From assembly GCF_009914755.1 (NCBI RefSeq), contig NC_060929.1: a stretch of DNA of 64,000 nucleotides, one strand, 5' to 3'. This document shows positions 16,701 to 31,754 of the stretch, in pieces. Every line of letters begins with the position of its first letter. The first letter of the stretch is position 1. Made by a program: the position numbers and the translations under genes. Origin of the DNA: the human T2T-CHM13v2.0 reference genome, Homo sapiens. The notes beneath the pieces were generated by a model. It was not told where the DNA came from, did no database searches, and worked only from the letters and a program-made list of their open reading frames with translations.

Positions 16701-17199
16701 ATTAATTCATCTATTTATTTGTGTTCTAAGGGGTTACATGATTTCTTCTAGTTCCTAGAGCTTTCCTATTTCTTCCCTTGGAAGTTAAAGCAAGCCACTG
16801 GTTGAGGCACTGTGGCTTTTTCATTTATGACAGAACCTTTCAGATTTTAAGAGCAGTTGAAGAGCTGTGAATGCTGGTCCTTCACATATCAAAAACCAGC
16901 ACCACTTTCTATGAATATCACTATTTTTGAAATGATTTATCTCAGAACTTTTGAATGTCTCTGTAACCATTTTTTTCCCTTTCCTTATCAGCCCATTTGT
17001 ATGGAACTCTAAAGAAGGTGAGGCCAGATAGCAGAGAGCTTTGAATATACACCAAGGACTTTGGAGTTTATTCTATGAGCAGTGGTGAGCCAATTAAGAT
17101 ATCTGGGCAAATAATGGCATCTTTAGAAAGAGGACACTGTTAGCTTTGTGTCAAATGAACTGAGATGTAAAAACTTGAAAGGAGGAAGAACATTAACAG

Positions 17200-17930
17200 G
17201 TCCATATAGAAATACCACCACCTGTACCCCCAAAATCCTTGCTAGCTTTTCCTCATGTATTCTACTTCACTCTGGTCTGAGACATCATCATATATCACTA
17301 AATCCCTGTAAATTCTCCCCACTGATCTCCCTACAACTAATTTTGTTTCCCTGACAATCTGTTATCCCCATATCAGCCAAAGTCACCTTTTAAAAAGTAA
17401 GCAAACCAGAACATGTCACTTCTAACTTTAAATTCCCAATGACTTCCCATAACACATAGAATGAAATCTGTGGTTTGGTCCCTGCCTACTTCTCAGACCT
17501 GCACTCTCACCCTTGCTCATTGGGATCCAACTTGCTGGCTTTCTTGGTTCCTTGAACAAGCCGAGCTTAGTTTCACCTCAGACAGCTGAGCCTTTGCTGT
17601 TTCCATTCCACCTGCCTAGAGCACACTGTTCCCAGCATTTCACATAGCTGGCTCCCCTCCCCAGAGTCTCAGCCTGCAGTATCAATCCTCTTCTCCTTGC
17701 CCCAAACAAGATTTTTTAAATATTACCTATTCTATTTTATTCATAGCTCATTTCACTATATGAAATGATCTTGCTCATTTATTTGTTTATTTGTTTATGA
17801 TCTGTGTGTCTGGCCTATAATGGAAGTTCCATGATGGCAAAGAGCTGGTCTACTTTATTCATTTCTGGATCCCCAACACATAGAGCTTATAGCTTAGTGT
17901 TGTGCCTGGCTCATGGCTCCATAATTATTT
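17200..17930 (+). mobile_element. L2 3' region fragments
   Basis: L2-like pyrimidine-rich text ending in tttatttgtttat...ggaagttccatgatggcaaag...gtgcctggctcat. Boundaries approximate. Confidence 0.6.
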
Positions 17931-18764
17931 CTTAGTCAAATTTGGGTAAAAGGCAAAGAACAAAGGTACGACAAATGGAAGCGAAGAGAAGAGATATCTG
18001 AAAGAAGTATAGTAGAGAAAGTGGGTAGACTTAATTATTGAGTGTTGGGTGCCAATGGAAAGGGAGGGATCAGATGATGGATTTTCACTTGGACTGAGAA
18101 ACCTGTGATGCTCTTAACACAGAAGGAGAACTTGGAGAAATGAAAAAGATGAGAGTGGAAAACAGATATTTAGCTTAGGACTCGAGTGTAAGGTGCTGGT
18201 AGATCTCTGTAAAAATGCCCAGCAGGTGTATGGAAGTTGAGAAGAAAGCAAGGCCAAGCATTTAGGTGTTACAGTCATTTGCATACAGTGAAGATGGTTC
18301 ACCGAGACTGAATTAGTCAACAAGGGGGAATATTTAGGAAGAAAGAAGAGAACATTAAAAATGTGCAGACTTTCACTCAGATATCCTTGTATATAAAGCA
18401 CCATGCTGGGACAAGTGACATCTAACAAATGAGGAACAAGCTCTGGAGCTTATGGGGCCAGAGATGGTGACACTGATAACTTGTCAAGTAGAAAATGTGT
18501 TATCCATGCGGGAAACATTACAACACTGCCGTATGGTGCTCTTTGACTTATCCAAACCACCTCTCAGTAGGAGGCTCTGCATCCTCAAGGGAGATTTATA
18601 TGATTGCTCTGTTTCCTTCCCTTCACATCTGTAAGGGGTCCAGAGTAAGGATTGGTCAATGTTAGTGATGTGGCTCTACCCTGAGCTCTTGTGGAGCTAA
18701 TAATTAGAACAGTTTGGGGAAGGAGAGAATTCATTTTTAAAAAGACACGAAGCAATGTGTTTGT

Positions 18765-19020
18765 AATAGCAAATGATACATTTGTTGAGCATTTACTATG
18801 GGCCAGTTAGTGCACTAAGCATTTAACATGCATTATTTATTTAGTTCTCACAAAACTCTGTATGGGAAGTACAATTATTACCCCTGTTGTACAGATGAGA
18901 AAACTGTGGCTCAGATGTATGTAACTTTTTCAGCTGGTAAACAATGGAGGTGGGATTCGACCCCAGGACTCTCTGATCCCAAAGCCCACCCTTTTAACCA
19001 TGATGCTCTATTGCTTCTCT
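18765..19020 (-). mobile_element. MIR
   Basis: gttgagcatttactatggg...tacagatgagaaaactgtggctcaga...ggattcgaccccagg. Confidence 0.78.
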
Positions 19021-22000
19021 GTGCAAGAAATAATCATTTTTAGTACTTAAATTGTGTTTTGGTATTTTTTGTGAATACTATGAATTTGTGAATACTAGGT
19101 GAACTTAAGGAAAATTTTATTTGCAGTAATGAAAGGTGACCACAAATCCTTCAATGTTGTCATTTTGTGCTGATCAAAAGTAACTTGTTCTTTTATTAGA
19201 TTTCCTTTGTGTCACACACTTGCCTTAAAGAACTGTTGCTTACACCGTCAGCTTCCCCAGACCCTCAGGATATCCTTAATTACAGGACTCCCTGTGTATC
19301 TGAAATAGAAATAGTGCTTGAAATCCTCCTCTACCACCATCCCCCAATTGTTAAACTATAGGCATACCCTGTTAGCATGGGGGAATCTCTTCCTGGAAAT
19401 TATCACATTAACTACATTGATGCTATATGTGCCTTTGGCCCAAGATTTCTTCTATTTACCTTTCTTATCTTTCTGGGTTGCTGCAAGGCTTATGTTGTCC
19501 TTCAAAATCTCAAAGGATTTCTACCAGGCAACAAATGTCTGCTGATCTGGGTTTCTTAGACCACCTCCTTGGGGGCATCTGAGGTTGTTGCAGTGCAGCC
19601 TGCTTGCTACCATCCAGCACCTTTCATGATTTTTGCAGAATCTCCAGCACCGTTGCTTGGTCACCTTTTGTCAGCCATCTTGAGCTTCAGTGTTCACTGG
19701 CACACAAGGAACCACAGAAAGAGGGAGCTGGTGGAGTCAACAAATGGAGAGGGAAGGGCCACTCAAATGGCTCTTAGTCTTCACTGGCTGAGAACCAAAT
19801 ACAGATTAGCTGTACGGTAGAGTGCTGCAACGGACTTACATTTATATACACATATAAAATATTTCTGAGATCATCAGCACTCTAATGAATCAGCCCTGTC
19901 TGGAACAGCTCTAAATGAATTCTAAATGAGTGCCTCTCTGATTTCATACCGAGTAAATGTATAGTAATGCAAAGTGGCACTTTCTTTAGTTCATCAATAA
20001 TTTATTAATGGGCACTTTGTTCTAGGCATGATGTTTCTTAGAGTTTCAAAAAATGACTTTGCTTTTGGTTGCTCTGTTGCTCTCATAGAACTTTTTCCTC
20101 TTCTCTTAACAGCAGTCATCACTTTCTCCTGTGTGCCAGTTGTCTCCAAGTCAGACACAGAGTGTTTTCCCCTATTGGATTATAAGCTTAGTGAAGGTAA
20201 CACTCATGTTTGATTCACTATTACATTCTCTACAAAGCCTAACATAGTTCCTTGTACAAATAGATACACATAAATATTTGAGTAAATGAATGATAATAAG
20301 AGACATGGCCAAAACATTTTAAAGGAGCTCAAAACGTATTTTGCTGGACTCCAGCAATCTTAGCTGTCATTACTATGTGGGGCTCTAGGGAAGGACTCTA
20401 TGTCGGCTCTGATTGGCCAGTGGCTCTGCAGGTGATCTTATTTTTTTGGAGGGAAGCGAGTTTTTACTATTGTGAAGCACTTTTATTATTGTCAGTGCCT
20501 CACAATAATAAAACTCCATCAGTCACTTCCATTGGGCAGTTACTTTTTCTTTCTTTACCCTTATAGGTATAAATGACCTCGGACCAAATGGCAATAAAAG
20601 GAAGGTATTTTATTACTGTCTTTGGGGCAAATAAAACATTTATTATTTCTCCATCCCTAGCCCTTTCATCTAATTTTTAATCTTAATTTATAATTGTATT
20701 ATATGTCCTATCCAGGAGTAATTGCAGCTTCTATGTCCTGTATTATGGCACATCAACAACACAGATGTATGTAACTACTCTCAAGACCTCATTTAAATAT
20801 ATGAAAAATTCAAGAGATTGTTCAAGGGACACCAGGTTGAATCCAGGTTCTATCAGATACATAAATCTTTTTTTGTGTCACTCCATTTGTTCATAGGCAT
20901 TCTTTTTCCTGATGAATGGCAACCAGATTTATCAGGAAGATATACAACACTGGCTCCATTTCAAACAATTGTCTGATGTCCTCTGGCAGCTATTGGAACT
21001 GCACATTGCAATAGTACCAGCCTGTCATTTTGAGAGACCCCTAGGGTAATTGTGAGATGTGCTTGAGGCTCAGATCATTGTCTGTAAAGGTAACATGCAA
21101 TTTCCTTGGCAGCAGCTGTGCAAATCTGCGTTGTACAGCAAAAAAGGTGATGTTTCCTACCTCATATTTGAATTATGTACTTTGGCCCTTTAAATCTTGT
21201 GCCCGGTATGTGTGTCTATGTAGGTCAATCATTATCAGGCATTCTAACTCCATAACCCATCCTACACACATGTTTGGAAAGAATGCAGAGTAACTGATGC
21301 ATAAAATAGTTGGATTATAATTGTCTGGTACCTTGACAAAATACTTTTTCAGTAAATCATATTTTTCAAGCATATAAGCACTTTTTAAAAAATAAAAACT
21401 AGAATTTTATAGTTCTGATGTAAACTTTTATCCTAAAAGCAATGTCTTATTTCTATAAGCTTTTAAATTCTGGAACATAAACATATATATTACTTATCCT
21501 TTTGGATTCATGAAGGGTCAGTTCTCTGATGCTCTATTCATAAACATTTCACTTTTCACATTTGGAAACAACATTTCAGGAGTAAAGAAAATTAGATATG
21601 CTACACTCTTAGATCACATGCTTGTTATATCCAGATGAAACTTCTGGATACCACTGGCCTAATTGGTGGTTTATTCTTTCATTCATTCATTTGCTTGTTC
21701 ATTCTCACAACCCTTTGACAAATATATATAGAGTGCTTACTCTGAGCCTGGCACTGAACTGCGATTGGGGATATAGTGGTGATCTATGCTGGATTGTGTT
21801 GGTGTTCTTTGTGATGCCAAACCATTGGGTACACAGTGAGCATATTTAATAAAAGAAACTATATGCCCAAATAATTTGGGTGTAGTGAAAAAGGACCTCG
21901 GAATCAGACAGGTTTGGTGTGATCCGCTGCTGGTTACTTAACCTCTTGGAGGCTCTTTTATTCTCCCCACAATGCTAACATTTCAGGATTGTTTTAGGAA

Positions 22001-23872
22001 TTAAGATAGAAAATGTATGTGGAATTGCCTGGCAATTGGGTCAGTTAATTTTATTAATTTGTTTGGCCACAGGCACAGACATGAATCTTTTAAGAAACTG
22101 GTGTCAGTGAAATTTTGAAACTGGAAACTCTGATCTCTTACTCTTTCAGGAGTGTTTCTTTTAAAGGTTTCTCTTTTTTTCCATTCCAATTTGACCCCAC
22201 ATCGAAGACATGAATACCTCTTTGTAGTAGTGGGTTAAGAGAGGGTGGTTTTCGCAGTCAGCTTATTTCTCTCGGACCTGACCAAATGAAAAGATCCCTG
22301 CTAGCATGTAGAACTCAATGTCTGAGAAACAAACTGGAATCAACTACCTTATATTCCTAACCAACAGCTCCATCTGATATGACCCTATCAGCTTTGTAAT
22401 TGTTTCATTGGGCCATTCTGAGGATTTCGCTCTTGGTTCTGCAATTAAATTAAACAAACATTAATTGAGCATCTCTCAGATGCCAGACCTTGTGCTACCT
22501 GCTTGAGGGTACCAAGAATGAAAAATGACCCCTGCCCCATGGATTTCTTGCAAATAATTCAAAAGGGAAGGGAAAAAAGTGGTATTCAGAGCATATCTGC
22601 AATTCTCAGCTTTGAGTCCTCGAGTCCTCTAATAAAACAATTCCATTTTGCTCCTTGAGCTAAATCTTTCCATTTGTTATTTGGTGTTTGCCCTTCTTAC
22701 TTCCTGCTGTTCCCCATCTGCAGATGCCACTGGTAAGATTCATTTCAGCCTAAGAGTATGACATGTTTGGATTTATTTGTGAAAAACGCCTTCTACAAAC
22801 AATCGCTATACCAAAGTGACTGTGCTGAATCACTGTAAAATGATGTGATCTGTTTTGAATGAGCCAGCCTGTTCATTCACTTTCTTCTATTCATCATCCT
22901 TTGAAAGGTGTAGATACTTTCCAAGTTAGAAGCCCTGTTTTTAAATGAACTAATTATCAATCTCCAAGGGCAAATGTGCTTAGAGTTCTGAGTATCACTT
23001 TACTTTCTCGTATTCCTCTCCTAGAAGGGAGAGCCAGGCTTTCAGAAAAGGGATCAGTAACATCAACAGCATAAATGAGTAAAGTGTTTGCTCATGATTA
23101 TATAGCTGGTAAGTACCTCTTTCAAACTCTGTTCTGCCTGATTCTAAAACCTGTTTCTTTTCTTTACAAACAGGATTTTAAAACTCTATTTCCTTAAGTT
23201 GCTTCAGGGTATTCCACAAATTCCATTTACACATATATAAAACTATTTAGAAAAAAATTAAAATGCATTCTAAAGACATTTGAGATATTTATTATTGCAA
23301 GTTCTGGAAGATTTTTTAAAAAATAAATATTTTTGAACTTAACACCTAAGCTGATTCTGATTTCATTCCACTTGTATCTGTTGCATATTATGGAATGACA
23401 ACAAAGACGCCTTTTGAAAGATGGGTTCCCTAGGTAGGAGATAAAAGGTTGATAATTACTGGCTTGCAGTTTACACTACTGCTTTACCGAAAGATATATT
23501 ACATAGTACATAGAGCAGACATAAAGAAGACTCCACCAACATGTGTAATACAATTTAGCTAACAAACATCCCACAGGGAATAACACGACATGGATCAACA
23601 GGCTGTAGGTGAAGGACTTCAGGGGAGGCAAAGGTAGGCGTCTTGTTTTTAGGGCTATTCCTAAAATAGTGCATGTGGATTTAGTAAAACCAATTATATG
23701 AGAATCGTGCAGCTAATTGTGCAGCTATGTTTTTCATTTGCCAACCCATTTTCAGAAATAAGTATATTTCTGTTGGTTAGGCTTCATGCTGATGAGATCA
23801 CAGTTTTAAAACACATATGTGGGAGTTGGCTTTACTTGACTTCATGGCCAAATTGTGCACTCCTAACTTTGA

Positions 23873-24168
<296 letters not shown>

Positions 24169-24929
24169 TCCTCGTTTTGAAGACAAATTTAAAATGTGAC
24201 TTCACATCTGTACCTACTACAGAAATGTATACTTGCGTACACACTCACATACATGCACACCGCAAAAATTTTAGACCCTGTGAATATAGTCAGTAAAGTT
24301 GCCTTTATGTCTGAAGAGCAGTACTTTTTTTTCAGAGTAGCATAATTTTTTTTTTTTTAAGATCAAATCTCAAAATTATAGTTCACTTAGAAGAACTTTA
24401 TCCTGTAGAATTCTGTTCGGAGGCACAATGGTGATACAGACAGCTTTTGCTTTCATTTGTATTTTATGACAGTGGAAATCAGGAGTATTTTCAGGGAGAA
24501 ACTGTGAGAGAAATGACTTGGCTGAACATCTGCTATGAAGCTTTTATCTGAATCTGAGGCTGCAGTGGATGACCCCGAAGGATCTCCACTCCCAACTTTT
24601 AGATTATACAAGTCTAATCCAAATTCTTTCTTGCCAGGCTTTACGTTAACAAGAAAGATCACTGTTTGCTGCCTTCTTCATCTGTTTCTTACATAGCAAA
24701 TTACTTCCTAGAATGTCTGAAGATTTGACAGCTGTATTTGATCTTTATTTTGTCATTGGCCATGATATCTCTTTAAGGGGAGATGGTTTCATTTTATAGA
24801 TATGGAAGCAGAGGCCATCTGAGGTTAAATGGTTTGTCAAAATCATACGTGAACTATGTAACACCAAAGGCTAAATACGGCACTAGGGATATTTCTGAAA
24901 ATAAAAGGCAGTGCCCAAGAATCTATAAC

Positions 24930-25233
24930 TTTGTTTTCTTTTTGAGGTAGGGTCTCACTCTGTTGCCCAGGCTGGTGTGCAGAGGCACCATCATAGCTCA
25001 TTGCACCCTTAAACTCGAGACTCAAGGTATTCTCCCCCCTCAGCCTCCCAAGTAGCTGGGACTATAGGAATGCACCACCACACCAGGCTAATTTTTCTAT
25101 TTCTTAATGTATTTTTGTAGAGACAGGGTCTTGCTGTTGCCCAGCGTGGTCTCAAACTCTTGGCCTTAAGCAATCTTCCCACATCATCCTCCCAAAGTGC
25201 TGGAATTACAGGTGCGAGCCACCTTACCCAGCC
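24930..25233 (-). mobile_element. AluJ
   Basis: Diverged dimeric Alu with J-type features (gggtcttgctgttgcccag). Confidence 0.87.
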
Positions 25234-28200
25234 AATGTAACTTTAAATTTTTTCCCCCATTGGTAGGATTTTGAGTTTGTGTGTGCATTTGCATGTGAGT
25301 GTTTGAGTCAGAGACTATATGAAATCGGGCTTTGCATCTCAACTACCTAGAAGTGTGCTGGACACAACATAGGCACTTAATAAATCCATGTAGTATAAAT
25401 GAAAGGGTACCAGGGAAATAATCTTGTCTGGCAAAAGACAGTGGCATTTTCATTTTTAACCACTGCGATACTGATTATTTTCAGTTCCCCACTCTGCCAC
25501 CCCATCTCCCTCACCAAATCCTGAAATTCCCCCATGAATAATAAATACATTTATAACAAGCAATGGTGTTAACCTGAATTTTCATACTGGAAAGAGTAAT
25601 GATTTTGGATGTAGAACTCAATTTCTATGTTTGGGCATCTTTTGTAATTTCTTTATGCCTCAATTGGAGTTTAACAACAATGAATACAGATATTTTAAAC
25701 CACTAGCATGAACACTAATGACATTTATTAAGCACTTGCTAAAAGCCATGGAATGTGCCAGAGAGCTCACATGCATCTTCATATTTAGTCCACGCAACAC
25801 ACCTGCGAGGCAGGTCTTTTTATTGCCACCATACCCTGGCTCAGAGACATGAGTCTCCTGTTCAAAGTCACACAGCCAGCCAGGCAGAACTGGAAGAGGG
25901 ATAACGACTGACTGTGGTGAGGACTTGATGGTCATCCCTCCATAAACAGCAGCTATTAAGATAATGGTGATAATGCAGGAATCCTTGGGAGCACATAACA
26001 CGATGAGTGTGCAGCATCTTAGCATAAGTAAGTTTATGAGGTCTGTTTCCTCCCTGATAGCGAAGGCTGTCAGCATGAAAGCTATCTCTGCTTGAGGGCA
26101 GAGAAAACTTAAGGATGTGTTAGGAGTGAGAATGTAGAGAGTGATCACATTATTTCAAAATTAAAATAGTCCTTTTGAGAATATACCCTTCAATATTTGG
26201 CTGTGCATGTGAAAGCAGGAAACAGAGGCGAAAACATATTTTATCAATTTCACAATTTACCTAACATACGTCTTGATTTGCTATATGCTTGAATATTACA
26301 AAGAACAGGATGGAGCATTCTTCCTTGCTCTTCCTCTAAGAGAAATCTGTTGCCGTATGCTGTTCAGCCTTCAGTCCGGGAGTGCCATCCCACAGTGTTT
26401 CAGCGGAGAGCTGCCAAGAGAGAATAATAACACTAGCGGTGTTATTTGCTGACACGAAGGCTAGGAATACACTTACAGCCTAGACTTGGCTTCTTGCCTC
26501 TTGTTAAGGCACCAAACAGCCGGGCTTACCGACAACTTCCCTGAGACATTCGCTTACTCTAGCACTATTTAAATCTCTTTGTAGAGTGTATTGCTTTATT
26601 TCCTTCAAGTCTTTTATCTTTTTAATCTCACCTCTCATTCGTTTTCATCCCTGAGACTAAAGAAACAAGAAGGAGTACAGATCTGGGGATGTTAACCTGA
26701 GGTCTATGAACCCCAACATGAATGGGCTTCAGGCCAATCTTGAACCAAACCCCTGATCTCTCAGAAGGTGAGGGAGGCCTAGACCATCTTGCTTTTCTGA
26801 GGTTCCATTTAGATTAAAAAGTAGATATGCCCAAATAGAGTTAGCAAAGCAAGTGTTTATTTTTAACTGCTTACTATAATAAACAAACTGTTTTAGCACA
26901 CAACAATTAACAATATGATGCAATATAATTGTGCAAAACAGGATATTTACAGTGTTTATGAAAAATACCAATTCAAAATGTTTCAGGTGGTATGATCAAA
27001 TCATGGGTTGCAAGATTAAGGTTGTCTGGTGAATGTTTTCCATTTTTCAATTCTCAGAGTGTGTCTCTGTGAATGTATGTGTAATCTCACTTCAAAAAGA
27101 AGTTTCATAGTCAAAATTTGAGGAATTCTGCTTATGTGAATCATCAACTACATGGCCCCCGCACCTGTTCCTCTTTTTACTCAGCCTTTCCTGAGAGGTT
27201 CTGCCTTGACAGTGAATGCAAACTTTTATGCTTGTGGATTCATTTCCTAGGTTTTATTAGATTCTCTAAGCAGTCCATTTTCCAAAAAAGGTTAAGAATC
27301 TACTTGTCTCAAAAGTAACCTAACCTATAAAACCCAGACCAATGAACAGAACTCCTCATTTTAAAAATTCAGAATATTCTTCTTTTATATTATAAAATCT
27401 TTTAACTCTGCAATTTAAAGTAATATTAATACTCTTTTTAAGAGTATTAATATTAATATTAATTCTTGGTGTGCTTTTTAAAAACATGTTTAGTAATCTT
27501 GAAATTTGTTGTTTCAAATTTCAAGAAAATGTCTTGCAATTTGTTGTTTCAAAAAAAATCTTGTTTCTTAAACTTGCCGCCTCTCTATTCCTATTCAAGA
27601 ATATCTAAGGTTAAAATGAGGATGGTTATCCTGAAGAGTCAGTGGTCTAAAGCCCATCCTGTTACTCTGGAATCGTGTGACCCTGAGGAAGTGCTGAACC
27701 TCTCTGTTCCTCAGTTCTGCATCTCTAAGAAGAGATAGTTAATTTTCATTCCTCAAGTCCGTTTTAGCTCTAAAAGATTATAATTTTTCTTACTCTGTTT
27801 CTCCACCTACTGCCATACTGTCCCTGCAGTGTTTTCATACCTGAGCTCCAAAGCTATCGTCATGACGTTTTGACCTACTCTCTTAGAAATAAAACATTTG
27901 CTTACTTTACAACCAAAACCAGTACTTAATAGGTCTGAATTCAGATTTATTTTGTCTTTGACCTGATGTCAACGAAATATTTATTTTGTTGTCATGGTGA
28001 GCAGTGCATGCCAAGTAAACTTAGATCACTATAAAAACTTAAAAATAAAAGAAAATCTAAATGTTTTGGCCCTATTAAGTTGCCAGATACAGAGCTGCAC
28101 TGATAGCTTAGGGCACTAGATGGCGATATAAGTGCATCACATAACAAACATCTTGCTTGGTCCAGCATTAAAATCCTAATGATTGAGGCCAGAACAGGTT

Positions 28201-29349
28201 AATGCATTAGTTAACGAAACAAAGTCAAATATAATCAGGTGTAGGAATGTTAGCTAACGCTCTGAATATGTTCAGTAACCCAATGCTTATTGAAAGAAAA
28301 GATTGTTAAAGTAGAAACTAATTTATCCTACTGTTGAGCGTATCTTCAAGCTAATTTTTTGGGCAAGAGTTGGCAATAAACACGTTTCTCATAAAATGTA
28401 TATAATTCCTAAGTTCACCTCCATTTTTGTTTTTCACTTTTTAAAAATAGCAATTGTTTGGGATGGCGTGTGCCTCACATATATTATTCATTGACCAAGC
28501 ACTATATTCTTATCAGGGATGTGAGCCCTAAGATACTGGTGTTTTAAAGGGGAAATGGCCGACTTACTGTAAGCTGTTGGCTGGGCCATTATTGACTGTC
28601 AGGCTCAACTGGAAGCACTTTGTTAGTGGATTAGGTTGCCCTGGAAATGCCTTCCTGAAACTCTAATGATGCACTTAAGGGAGCCCTCTGGAACAGGAGT
28701 AAAATGTCTTTTAGCAGCAGTGCCTTCCACCAGAGTCCTCTTGGGATGACTTGGGAGGGGCTGGGGGCACGTCCAAAGAGACGCGCAGTAAGGAAACAAC
28801 CCCAGAAAAAGGTTGCAGGTATCAATTTCTTACAGGTGAGCTAAGATAATGACTTATGGATGTAAACTGTGGGCTTTCTGTGGGTGCCGGTGCTTCACGT
28901 CTTCATTTTGAAAGAGCATCATTAATTTCAGAGAGAGTGTTTATGTATCTACCTATTTACATATATATTCATATTTATTTATTTGCTAGGGGTTGTGGTG
29001 GCAGGCGGATGAAATAGAAAAGGAAAAAAAGGGAGAATTTGAGTGAATATGGTTTAAATCAAAGGATTAAAAAAAACACTGTGTAGTTTGAACACTGGGG
29101 TCATTTGGTGTGCGTGTCTGTGTTTTAAAACAAGCATTAGAGGGATATTTGCCCTTCAGCAGGAAGGAATTCCGTGAACGAGGAGGGGGGAGGGGGGAAG
29201 ATCTGTAGATTTTTCAAATAAAAAGTCAGTTGTGTTTATCTCACAACTTACCTCTTGGGTAGGGGGCAGGGATTTGCTGTGGGATGGTGATGGAGGTAAA
29301 GACAAGGAAGAAGGAAAAGGCCCTTGGAAACTCCAGACTCCAGGACAGG

Positions 29350-29740
29350 ACAGGGAGGGAAGTGGCTGCGCAGCACTGCGTCCCCGCCCCAAGCCCCGCG
29401 CGCCTGGCAATCGCGTGCCCACCGCCGGAGCGCGGCGTCCCCGTGCAGTCCTGGCAACCTGTCACCGAGGAGGACGTGACTCGGAGCTGCCTCCGCTTTC
29501 TCCAAGCCATATTCCTTTAAGATGATGTAATAGTCATTTCCCTGGATGGTTTCTTGCCTGCACTGCTGAAACAACAGCATCCGAACTGCACTGGGAACTG
29601 TGGAACCACCCAGCTCCGCCGCCAGAGAAGCCGGAGCCCCGGGCCCCCCGCCGGCATCTCTGCGCTGCGTTGGCCTCTGGCTCGCACCGGCTCCCACCTG
29701 GCTGGGAACATGGGAGTCCGTTTGCCCTTGCCGGCAGGTG
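29350..29740 (+). promoter_or_regulatory. KCTD16: CpG-rich promoter-like patch / candidate alternative non-coding exon of KCTD16
   Basis: The only non-repeat CpG-dense stretch in the window; GC box CCCCGCCC (~29382); candidate donor CAG|GTGGGG at 29737/29738; ~0.85 kb upstream of the coding-exon acceptor. Confidence 0.65.
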
Positions 29741-30464
29741 GGGTGGCTACCTGGGACCCTAGCAGGGCACATCTCTCCATCTTTCTGCTTCTGGGCTTTC
29801 TGAAAAGCTTCTAAGTCCTGGTACCTCTTGCAACTCTCTTCTAAGGATCCTTTCCAAAGATTTCTTTTTCCATTTTTCTTTTCCCCTGGGGAAGCTTTGG
29901 TTGAATATTTTCTCTGCTTTACTTCTTCAACCCAACCTCCTCTCATCAGGGCTTAACTTTTTTTGCGACTTGTTTTAACTTAAGATACGGAATGAACACA
30001 TATGTACCTACATACATACATAAATACAAATAGGCATTTATATAAATGCATATATATAATAGTTATTTTCCAAGAGCACACCTCTCTGGCACTTTTCATT
30101 GATACCTCGGTCGTTTACCTGTTTGGGATTTGACAAGATCCAGACTCAGTTTGGCTGTGGATTTTGATTGCTTTACAAATGGTTATTATTATTTTTTTCA
30201 CAAGAACTGGGTCTCCAGCACTCACTAAGGTAAGCTCTAAGACTTATTGCTTTTCCTGTCCAGCTGAAAAAAAAATTCCCATTTGGAAGTTGAAAATTGC
30301 ATGTTTCTTTTTAATGTAGACTTACAAGTAAATTGTTTTTCATACTAATTGCTGGAGACAGAGGCTTATAGATAAACATGTAGGCACAAAATAGCATGAG
30401 AGAAGCTATGATTTAATTGAAGAATGGCTGAGATCAGTAGTTCCAGAGCTGCTTATGTAAAATA

Positions 30465-30516
30465 ATCTCTCTCTCCCTCCCTCTGTTTTTCCCTCCCTCC
30501 CTCTCTCTCTCTCCAG
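30465..30516. repeat. CT-rich polypyrimidine tract
   Basis: (CT)n/(CCCT)n run ending in CAG. Confidence 0.85.
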
Positions 30517-30576
30517 AGGACTCTTTTTCTGACTCATTCCAGGTTTGAGGAAATAATTTTTTCTCTTTTCCTTCAG

Positions 30577-31754
<1,178 letters not shown>

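Noticed and set aside
25660-26148. 162-aa minus-strand ORF
   Set aside because: It partly overlaps MIR-like sequence and has no domain signal or splice support.
29248-29946. 232-aa minus-strand ORF and several overlapping ORFs
   Set aside because: They lie in the GC-rich patch where stop codons are depleted; there is no recognisable domain and ORFs are open in many frames.
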